Source: Acidobacteriota bacterium
GTDB lineage: Bacteria; Acidobacteriota; Terriglobia; Bryobacterales; Bryobacteraceae
Length of the DNA stretch: 64,000 nt
Assembly (NCBI GenBank): GCA_043755595.1
Contig: JAYUSQ010000106.1
Coordinates: forward strand, 39,598-103,597
Reading direction: 5' to 3'
Below are positions 56,878 to 64,000 of the stretch, piece by piece; the first letter of the stretch is position 1; each line of letters begins with the position of its first letter. The position numbers and the translations under genes are program-made. The notes under the pieces are model-generated. The model searched no databases, was not told the DNA's origin, and saw only the letters and a program-made list of their open reading frames with translations.

Positions 56878-57873
56878 ATGCCCCGTGACCGACTTATCGG
56901 TATTGCGCGCTTGGCCCAAGCCGCGCCCGAACTGCAGCGCAAGAATTTCGCGATCTATTCGCAACTCTCCACCTTCAAACTCCTCAACCGTTGCGACTCT
57001 GAGCGGGTACCCTTCGACTGGACCATCAATCCATATCGCGGCTGCGAGTTCGGCTGCGTTTATTGTTATGCGCGGTACACGCATGAGTTCATGGAGCTGC
57101 GCGACCCTGTGGAATTTGAAACGCGCATCTTCGCCAAGCAATGGCATCCCGCGCAGTTCCGTGAGGATTTGCGGCGCACCGACCCGCGTGAGTCAATCGG
57201 CATCGGAACGGCGACTGATCCGTATCAGCCGGCCGAGCGGCGCTATGGACTGATGCGCTCAATTCTCGCGATACTGGCCGAAGAGCGTCCCGGCCGCCGG
57301 CGAATCTGGATCACTACCAAGTCAGATCTGGTGACACGCGACATCGACCTGCTCTCGACACTGGCCGATCGCGGCCACCAGGTTATGATCAGCGTCACTG
57401 TCACCACCACCGACACTGCGTTGGCGCGCCAATTGGAGCCCATGGCGCCGCGCCCGGACCTGCGGCTGCGCGCGGTGAGCGAACTGGCCAAAGCCGGCAT
57501 CGCCACCGGAGTAGGTTACGCGCCAATTCTTCCGTTGATCAATGACCGGCGCCCACAGATGGAAGCGCTCGCCAGAGCAGTCTCTGAAGCAGGCGCGCAA
57601 TGGCTTTGGGGCGGTGTCTTGTTTCTAAACTCTTCCGCCAAGCCTGTCTTCCTGGCTTTTCTCGAGCGCGAGTTCCCTCACCTGTTGGCCAAGTACAAAC
57701 ACCATTTCGCCGCGGACGCGTATTTGCGTGGCGACTATCCGGCGCGAATCGACGAACGGCTAGCCGGGCTGCGCGAGCGATACGGGTTAAAGGGGAGGGG
57801 CGTGGAAGAGTCGCACTGGCAGCAAGGGCGTCAGTTGCCGGGGGAGGACGTTCAAATGTCCCTGCAGTTCTGA
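56878..57873 (+). CDS. Radical SAM protein, SplB-like (DNA repair photolyase-like, COG1533-type).
   Basis: 331-aa ORF. CxxxCxxC motif NPYRGCEFGCVYCYAR near the N-terminus. No C-terminal SPASM-type Cys cluster. Confidence 0.8.
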   Translation: MPRDRLIGIARLAQAAPELQRKNFAIYSQLSTFKLLNRCDSERVPFDWTINPYRGCEFGCVYCYARYTHEFMELRDPVEFETRIFAKQWHPAQFREDLRRTDPRESIGIGTATDPYQPAERRYGLMRSILAILAEERPGRRRIWITTKSDLVTRDIDLLSTLADRGHQVMISVTVTTTDTALARQLEPMAPRPDLRLRAVSELAKAGIATGVGYAPILPLINDRRPQMEALARAVSEAGAQWLWGGVLFLNSSAKPVFLAFLEREFPHLLAKYKHHFAADAYLRGDYPARIDERLAGLRERYGLKGRGVEESHWQQGRQLPGEDVQMSLQF

Positions 57874-57889
57874 TATTCTCATCATTCGT

Positions 57890-59002
57890 ATGAACCGCCG
57901 ACAATTTGTGACCACCACCGCAGCGGGGGCTCCCGCGCTAGCCGCTGCCGCCGCAGCCCAGTCCACCGCGTCGCTGCCAAAGAATCATCCGGGGCTCGAC
58001 TACAAGCCGGGCAAGGCCGTGATGATGCTCGGGTGTCAAAGCGGGCCGATGACTGACGATCGCATGAACTACTTCAAGCGGCATGGCGTCGACCACATCA
58101 CCGGCTATCCGGAAACGATGCCGGGCGGCGGCTTCGATGTCGACTCGATGAAACGCCTGCTCGATCTGGCGGCGAAACACAAAGTCGCCGTCGAGATGAT
58201 TCAGTTTCCGCTGCCCTCGTCGACCATTGAAAGAGCGCAGATGCCGAGCATTCTGCTCGGTAAACCGGACCGCGATCGCGACATCGAGAAGTGCTGCGAG
58301 ATCATCCGCAACTGCGCCACGGTTGGGATCCCTGCGATCAAATATAATATGTCGATCCTCGGCGTGCTTACCAGCGGAAGCGAACTGGGACGCGGCGGTA
58401 TCATCCAGCGGAGTTGGAATCTTGCCAAGGCCAAACAGGACCCGCCTCTCACCATTGCCGGTGAGGTGAACGGCGACTTGTTTTGGGAGCGCATTACGTA
58501 CTTCCTGAAACGCGTAGTCCCGGTGGCCAACGAATACAAAGTGCGATTGGCTTGCCACCCCCACGATCCCGGCGTGCCGAAGTCTGGTTTCCGCGGTGTG
58601 GACCGCGTGCTGGGAACCGTCGATGGGTTGAAAAAATTCGTGTCAATCGAAGAGAGCCCCTATCACGGCTTCAACTTCTGCCAGGGCACGGTGAGTGAAA
58701 TGCTGCAGGATCCGGGCAAGGAACTCGGCGACGTAATTCGCTACTTCGGCAAACGCCAGAAGATTTTCAACGTCCACTTCCGTAACATCAAGGGCAAGCG
58801 GGATAACTTCGTCGAGACTTATCCGGACGAGGGCGATGTCGATTTCGTCAAGATGATGATCGTCTACAAAGAAGTGGGTTATCCGTACATGATGATGCCG
58901 GACCACATGCCGCGGCATGCCAACGACCCGGGCGGGAAAGAGGCGTTCGCGTGGGCCTATGGCTATATCAAAGCGCTGATTCAGATGGCGCAGCGCACGT
59001 AA
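57890..59002 (+). CDS. Mannonate dehydratase family (UxuA-like) protein with a Tat signal.
   Basis: 370-aa ORF. MNRRQFVTTTAAGAPALAAAAAA is a twin-arginine signal. The C-terminal MPDHMPRHANDPGG...AWAYGYIKALIQMA resembles UxuA. Confidence 0.7.
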   Translation: MNRRQFVTTTAAGAPALAAAAAAQSTASLPKNHPGLDYKPGKAVMMLGCQSGPMTDDRMNYFKRHGVDHITGYPETMPGGGFDVDSMKRLLDLAAKHKVAVEMIQFPLPSSTIERAQMPSILLGKPDRDRDIEKCCEIIRNCATVGIPAIKYNMSILGVLTSGSELGRGGIIQRSWNLAKAKQDPPLTIAGEVNGDLFWERITYFLKRVVPVANEYKVRLACHPHDPGVPKSGFRGVDRVLGTVDGLKKFVSIEESPYHGFNFCQGTVSEMLQDPGKELGDVIRYFGKRQKIFNVHFRNIKGKRDNFVETYPDEGDVDFVKMMIVYKEVGYPYMMMPDHMPRHANDPGGKEAFAWAYGYIKALIQMAQRT

Positions 59003-59252
59003 GCAAAGGCCCCGAGAGGCGGGGCGGAACAAATATATCTCTCGCTGTTCTAACAACTTCAGTCGGGCGGTCCTTGCATTCCGCCCCAGTTCCCGTATAC
59101 TGCTGCTGAGAATATATGACGAACAACGCACTCCCGGTGAGCTGCAGCCCCAGTGTTGTTACTGGGATTTAGAACCTTCCTTCCCAGCACGTTCCCTCGC
59201 TAACTAACTCTAGCGGTAACAAAGCCATTATTTGTGCAAGGAGGATAGGTGT

Positions 59253-61094
59253 ATGTTTACGTGGTTTTTTGGTATTTTTTTCTTGCCGATTGCAGCCGAT
59301 GTCGCGCTGGCGATCGCTCTTCTGATTTTCCTGAACAGCTTTGTCAGTATCCGTGAGGACCAGGTGGGAGTCGTCGTCAAGCGATTCTCCGCCGGCCCCT
59401 CGCTGCCGGAAGGGCGCGTTGTGGCGCTGAACGGCGAAGCCGGCTACCAGGCCCGCCCACTCGGACCTGGCATTCACTTCCCGTATGTACCGTGGCAGTA
59501 CAAGATCGAGAAGCATCCGCTTACCCGAATCGAGCAAGGTCATGTCGGGCTGGTGATTGCCAATGACGGCGACCCCACGCCTGTCGACCGCGTGCTGGCC
59601 AAGGTCGTCGATTGCGAGTATTTCCAGGACGCCGCCAAGTTTCTGCGGAACGGCGGCCAGAAGGGCCGGCAAAGCACGGTACTGACCGCGGGTTTTTACC
59701 GCATCAATCCGGTGTTGTTCAAGGTGATCCCTAATGTGCCAATCACCAAGATCGACTCCGATAAGATCGGGATCGTCACCGTCATGGATGGCGCGCCGAT
59801 GCCAGTAGGGCAGATGGCCGCCAAGGCCGCTGCGGGGCACGACGATTTCCAAAGCCCCGAAGAGTTCATCAAAGCGGGCGGTTGCCGCGGGCTGCAGGAG
59901 CAGATTATCCTGGCCGGTAACTACAACCTGAACCCGTGGTTCTGCGAGATCGAAGAGCATCCGCTGTTTGAGGTGCCGATCGGTTACGTCGGCGTGGTAG
60001 TCAGCTTCGTCGGCGACGACTCGCGCGACATCTCCGGCGATCAGTTCACGCATGGCAACATCGTTCGGCGCGGCGGCAAGGGTGTGTGGGATGAGCCGCT
60101 GTATCCGGGCAAGCACCCGGTGAACTCGCGCATCATGAAAATCGAGTTGGTGCCCACGACGAACATCGTGCTCAACTGGGCGTCGGCGCGCACCGAAGCG
60201 CATAAACTCGACGAGAAGCTGAACACGATCACCGTGCGCTCGATGGACGGCTTCACGTTCAACCTGGACGTGTCGCAGATCATCAATATCGGCGCCACCA
60301 AGGCTCCCTGGGTTATTTCTCGCGTGGGCAGCGTGCGTAACCTGGTGAATCAGGTGCTTGAGCCGATTGTCGGCAACTACTTCCGCAACAGCGCGCAGAA
60401 TTACTCGGTGCTGGACTTCCTGAGCAATCGCTCGGATCGGCAGAAGGAAGCGCGGCAACATATCAATGAGGCGATTCGCGAATACGACGTGCAGAGCGTC
60501 GACACACTGATTGGCGACATCACGCCACCGCAGGAGTTAATGCTGACGCTCACGGCGCGTAAGATCGCCGAGGAGCAACAGAAGACCTTCGTGACGGAAG
60601 AGAAGACGCAACGCACCAGGCAGGAATTGGAGCGGCAAAAGGCGCTGGCCGACAAGCAGAAGGAGTTGGTGAACTCAGAGCAGGACGTGCGGGTGGCCGA
60701 GATGCGAGCCAAGGCAAGCGTTGAGCAAGCCAACGGTGAATCGCAAGCGGTGGCGCGCAGAGCCGAGGGCGAAGCGATGGCGCGGCGCCGGATTGGCGAG
60801 GCCGAAGCCGAGGTAGTGGCCATCAAGGGCCGCAACGAAGGCGAGGCGATTCGCGCAGTCGGCATCGCCAAAGCTGAGGCTTATCGTCAAGGCGTGGACG
60901 CCATGGGCGGCAACTATGCGGTCCTGCAAATCTTCACGGCGCTGGCCGACAAAAACATCAGGCTTACTCCTGATGTGGTGGTAAGCGGCGGCGCCGGCGG
61001 CGCTTCGGCGAGCGATGGCATGCTGGCGGTGGTCCTGCGCGACTTGCTCGCCAAGGCGAATCCGGGGTCGCAGCCGGGCGCGCCGAAGGCCTAA
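59253..61094 (+). CDS. SPFH/band-7 flotillin-family protein.
   Basis: The likely start MFTWFFGIFFLPIAADVALAIALLIFL is a TM anchor. SPFH domain, then a long C-terminal coiled coil rich in EA/AE repeats (flotillin-like). Confidence 0.8.
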   Translation: MFTWFFGIFFLPIAADVALAIALLIFLNSFVSIREDQVGVVVKRFSAGPSLPEGRVVALNGEAGYQARPLGPGIHFPYVPWQYKIEKHPLTRIEQGHVGLVIANDGDPTPVDRVLAKVVDCEYFQDAAKFLRNGGQKGRQSTVLTAGFYRINPVLFKVIPNVPITKIDSDKIGIVTVMDGAPMPVGQMAAKAAAGHDDFQSPEEFIKAGGCRGLQEQIILAGNYNLNPWFCEIEEHPLFEVPIGYVGVVVSFVGDDSRDISGDQFTHGNIVRRGGKGVWDEPLYPGKHPVNSRIMKIELVPTTNIVLNWASARTEAHKLDEKLNTITVRSMDGFTFNLDVSQIINIGATKAPWVISRVGSVRNLVNQVLEPIVGNYFRNSAQNYSVLDFLSNRSDRQKEARQHINEAIREYDVQSVDTLIGDITPPQELMLTLTARKIAEEQQKTFVTEEKTQRTRQELERQKALADKQKELVNSEQDVRVAEMRAKASVEQANGESQAVARRAEGEAMARRRIGEAEAEVVAIKGRNEGEAIRAVGIAKAEAYRQGVDAMGGNYAVLQIFTALADKNIRLTPDVVVSGGAGGASASDGMLAVVLRDLLAKANPGSQPGAPKA

Positions 61095-61112
61095 GTCGGG
61101 GATCAGGGGAAG

Positions 61113-61150
61113 GCGGCGCGCTCAACGGGCCACGCCGCCTTTTCGCTTTT
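61113..61150 (+). terminator. Rho-independent terminator after the flotillin gene.
   Basis: GGCGGCG (61113-61119), loop, CGCCGCC (61133-61139), followed by TTTTCGCTTTT. Confidence 0.6.
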
Positions 61151-61764
61151 GGCTGGCCATTGATCGCGTGCCGTCAGGGAGCAGTCCAATCGCCTCAGAG
61201 CCTACCTTTGCAATTAGAATGTCTTCGCTCTCTATGCATCGAACAATGACATCCGACAGGTCATCATGGAAAGCAGCAATCACTCCCTGCCGAGAGAGAA
61301 AGAAAGGCCTCCCGTAAGAACCCAAGGCAGTGTATCGAGGGGCGAATAGAAGCCGAGTTTTCATTGGCAGTTAGCCAGACTTGCTTACGGATCACGCCCC
61401 AGCAGTATTCAGCAGCCAGCGGCTTCGCTAGCTCTTCCGGTGCAACTCCGGCAAATACTACCAGACAATCGCGCCATCGCGAGTCTTCAGGAATCGCGTG
61501 CATGGGCATGGGTTGCTGATTCAAGAGCATTGGTCGCGCAGCGAAAAATTCGGCAAAGCGGCGATGAACAAATGAAAGTGTCCTTGACCTATGTCCGCCA
61601 ACTCTGACCAAACGGCTCAAGCGAAGCACCTCGACGGTATCATCAAGGCGGGTTACTCGCACAACTGAACTCAACTTCTGGATATCGATTTCAAGGCCAA
61701 CCGCCAGGTCGCTGTAGATTGCCCATGCGGTGCTTGTGGCCGCCGGTAGACAGGGAAAATTGCT
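61122..61764 (-). pseudogene. STAND (NACHT-like) NTPase C-terminal fragment, N-truncated and frameshifted.
   Basis: The minus-strand frame reads ...AWAIYSDLAVGLEIDIQKLSSVVRVTRLDDTVEVLRLSRLVRVGGHRSRTLSFVHRRFAEFFAARPMLL.... F.HR.F.EFFAA resembles the winged-helix motif that follows NACHT domains. An in-frame stop lies at 61765-61767, next to the P-type ATPase stop. A second frame continues at 61122..61364. Confidence 0.4.
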
Positions 61765-61798
61765 TCAAGTCGGCCTCGTCATCGGGCTTGGCGACATG

Positions 61799-64000
61799 CT
61801 ATTTCTGGGCACTTGATAGACCCCTGTTGGGCTGGGCGCGTAACAGGCGCAAAGCGTTCGCGATGACCACCAAAGAAACTCCCATGTCAGCCGCAATCGC
61901 GGTCCAGAGCGATGCGTGTCCGAGCATCGTTAACCCAAAGAACGCCGCCTTCACGCCCAGTGACAGCACTATGTTTTGTCGAATGATCCGCAAAGTCCTT
62001 CGAGAATGTCGGATCAGCCACGGAAGTTTTGAAAGGTCATCAGACATCAGCGCGATGTCCGCGGCTTCGACTGCGGTGTCGCTGCCAGCAGCCCCCATCG
62101 CAATGCCGACGGTTGCTCGGCCCATCGCGGGCGCGTCGTTGACGCCGTCCCCGATCATCGCAACGCTCAAGTACTGCTTAACCAGTCTCTCGACGGTGCT
62201 GACTTTATCCTCGGGCAGCAACTCCGCTTCAATCTGATCAACTCCAGCCTCTTTTCCGATCACGGCGGCGGTGCCCTTGTTGTCACCAGTGAGCATGATC
62301 AGATGTTCGACCCCGGCTGCCCTGAGTTCGTTCAATGTTGCTGAAATCCCCGGTCTGAGGGAATCAGCCAATGCAACGAAGCCGCAAACGTGCTCAGTAT
62401 TTCCAATCACGACGACTGTTCGACCTGCCGAAGACAAGTGCTCTAGCTTCGCGTGAACGTCTGGCGTTTCTTGGCCGCGCTCCTCCAAATAGCGATGTGA
62501 CCCAAGCCAGTACGCAGCGCCTTTGATGGTGGCGGTCGCCCCCTTGCCCTGTATGATCCGAAACTCCTCCGACGATGCCGGGACAATTTTCTTCTCTTGA
62601 AGGTGCTGAACGATTGCTCTTGCGAGGGGATGATCGGAGTGGACTTCCATTGCGCCCACTAGCTCAAGGAGTTCTTGCTCTGAGTGTCCACTCATCGGGA
62701 CGACTTCTACCACGCGGGGCTTTCCCTCCGTCAGTGTTCCAGTCTTGTCGAGTGCGATAGCCTTTAGACCGGCTGGAGATTCCAGATGAATGCCACCTTT
62801 GATGAGTACACCGTTCTTTGCTGCTGATGCTAGACCTGCAACGATACTCACCGGGGTCGAGATGACTAGTGCGCAGGGGCATCCAATTACAAGAAGAACC
62901 AAAGCCCTGTACAGCCAGTCGCCCCACGGAGCGCTGAGTGCTAGTGGAGGGAGCACAGCTATGAGGATCGCAAAGACAAAGACAGCGGGTGTGTAGACGC
63001 GGGCGAACTTGTCCACCCACTGCTCAGACGGCGCGCGTCGGGTTTGTGCCTCGCCTACCATGCGAATGATCTGAGCCAAGGTTGTTTCGCCGACTAGTTT
63101 CGTGACTTCGATTTCTAGTGCTCCATCCCCATTGACAGTGCCAGCAAAGACCGGAAGTCCCGGCTCTTTAGGAACTGGAATGCTTTCCCCGGTGATCGGA
63201 GCTTGGTTCACATCACTGATGCCTCGTAGGACCGTACCGTCAAGAGGTATCCGCTCACCAGGAAGGACCGAGAACCTCTCGCCTACTTTTATCTCTGACG
63301 GGGGAATTTCCGTTGCTTTGCCGTCGCTGCTGATTCTTCGAACTGTCGGCGGAGTGATCGCCAGTAGTGCTTCAACGGCCCGACGTGCTCGGCCTACACT
63401 CCACGACTCCAACGCGAGAGAGAACGCGAAGAGAAAGCTTACAACTGCGGCCTCAAACCATTCGCCGATGATAACTGCTCCGACAACCGCGATGGTCATG
63501 AGTAAGTTCATGTCCGGCTGAAGACGGCGGGCCGAAAACCACGCCTTCGGTACGACGAACCAAGCCCCGGTGACAATGGCGACTGAGTAAAGAATGCGGA
63601 CGATAACCGGGACTTCACCGCCTAGGCCCATTCCTTCCGAGCCAAGTGCCGCAAGTGCACTACCCGCAATTATGGAGTGCAGAACGAAGCCCGCTATGGC
63701 AAAACTTCCGCTCGCGGCGGTTAGTGTGGTTCGAGCGTAGCGCTGCCAAAAGGTCTGATTGGCTGCGGTGGGTGACACGGTCTCCCAGACCTCGGCCCTC
63801 ATACCTGTGCCGCGTACGGCGTCAATTACCCTCTTCGGATCTGTCGGCGCGAGCACGAGCATTTTTCCCTGAAGAATGTCAAAGGCCAGCTTGTCTTGAC
63901 CTCCAACAATAGGACCGATCTCGCGCTTTAGGATCGCGACTTCCTCCGCACAGTCCATCCCGTGTATGCGAAAGTCTTGTGATCGTGCAGTTGATGGCAT
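61799..64000 (-). CDS. Heavy-metal translocating P1B-type ATPase, Zn/Cd/Pb (ZntA/CadA-like) subtype.
   Basis: 733-aa ORF with ATG exactly at the window end. N-terminal HMA-like domain with a single-Cys GMDCAEE. TM6 CPC. Phosphorylation site DKTGTLT. TM7 Lys and TM8 AADMG (Asp), diagnostic of the P1B-2 subtype. GDGVNDAP hinge. Confidence 0.9.
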   Translation of the reverse strand: MPSTARSQDFRIHGMDCAEEVAILKREIGPIVGGQDKLAFDILQGKMLVLAPTDPKRVIDAVRGTGMRAEVWETVSPTAANQTFWQRYARTTLTAASGSFAIAGFVLHSIIAGSALAALGSEGMGLGGEVPVIVRILYSVAIVTGAWFVVPKAWFSARRLQPDMNLLMTIAVVGAVIIGEWFEAAVVSFLFAFSLALESWSVGRARRAVEALLAITPPTVRRISSDGKATEIPPSEIKVGERFSVLPGERIPLDGTVLRGISDVNQAPITGESIPVPKEPGLPVFAGTVNGDGALEIEVTKLVGETTLAQIIRMVGEAQTRRAPSEQWVDKFARVYTPAVFVFAILIAVLPPLALSAPWGDWLYRALVLLVIGCPCALVISTPVSIVAGLASAAKNGVLIKGGIHLESPAGLKAIALDKTGTLTEGKPRVVEVVPMSGHSEQELLELVGAMEVHSDHPLARAIVQHLQEKKIVPASSEEFRIIQGKGATATIKGAAYWLGSHRYLEERGQETPDVHAKLEHLSSAGRTVVVIGNTEHVCGFVALADSLRPGISATLNELRAAGVEHLIMLTGDNKGTAAVIGKEAGVDQIEAELLPEDKVSTVERLVKQYLSVAMIGDGVNDAPAMGRATVGIAMGAAGSDTAVEAADIALMSDDLSKLPWLIRHSRRTLRIIRQNIVLSLGVKAAFFGLTMLGHASLWTAIAADMGVSLVVIANALRLLRAQPNRGLSSAQK

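Noticed and set aside
59169-60461. 430-aa minus-strand ORF.
   Set aside because: It fully overlaps the flotillin/SPFH gene on the opposite strand. The flotillin frame has clear domain structure, whereas this frame is Arg/His-rich and motif-free.

Overview
High-GC (roughly 60-65% by eye) bacterial chromosomal segment with dense coding on both strands. Several features suggest an Acidobacteria-type genome (Solibacter-like), as inference only: three full-length or near-full-length FtsX-like 'ADOP' permease genes plus two degraded ADOP loci, three intact PadR regulator genes (each intact pair/remnant has PadR upstream), many Tat- or Sec-secreted beta-propeller and TIM-barrel proteins, and a sigma-54 activator. 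Housekeeping genes present: lnt, lipA, rpsT, nnr, a HemY-type protoporphyrinogen oxidase, a LOG-family gene, an OYE flavin reductase, and a peptide ABC importer. No rRNA, tRNA or CRISPR array was found. Notable content: (1) at the left edge, an ABC-type AAA ATPase gene tightly coupled to a frameshifted Toprim (DUF4276-like) gene, which resembles a split OLD-family / PARIS-like defence module; (2) a c-di-GMP-themed neighbourhood, where a PilZ-domain protein lies next to a sigma-54 activator that has no receiver domain, and a peptide ABC importer has an ATPase carrying a C-terminal degenerate GGDEF domain (RTDADEF) with an intact RxxD I-site; (3) several gene-decay or insertion zones: an RHS/YD-repeat fragment abutting an IS110-family transposase remnant; an AbiEii-like nucleotidyltransferase toxin relic; a PQQ sugar-dehydrogenase-like gene broken by a 10-bp tandem duplication, an in-frame TAG stop and further frameshifts; a PadR-ADOP locus split by about 3 kb of foreign DNA that carries an HK97-type phage capsid remnant, a Sel1-repeat gene and a low-GC orphan ORF; and tandem S41-like peptidase paralogs, one of them degraded; (4) a Cys-rich small ORF translationally coupled upstream of an SplB-like radical SAM gene; (5) at the right edge, a lower-GC Zn/Cd-type P1B ATPase gene next to a STAND NTPase fragment, suggesting horizontal acquisition. 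All functional calls rest on motif recognition by eye; no database search was run.
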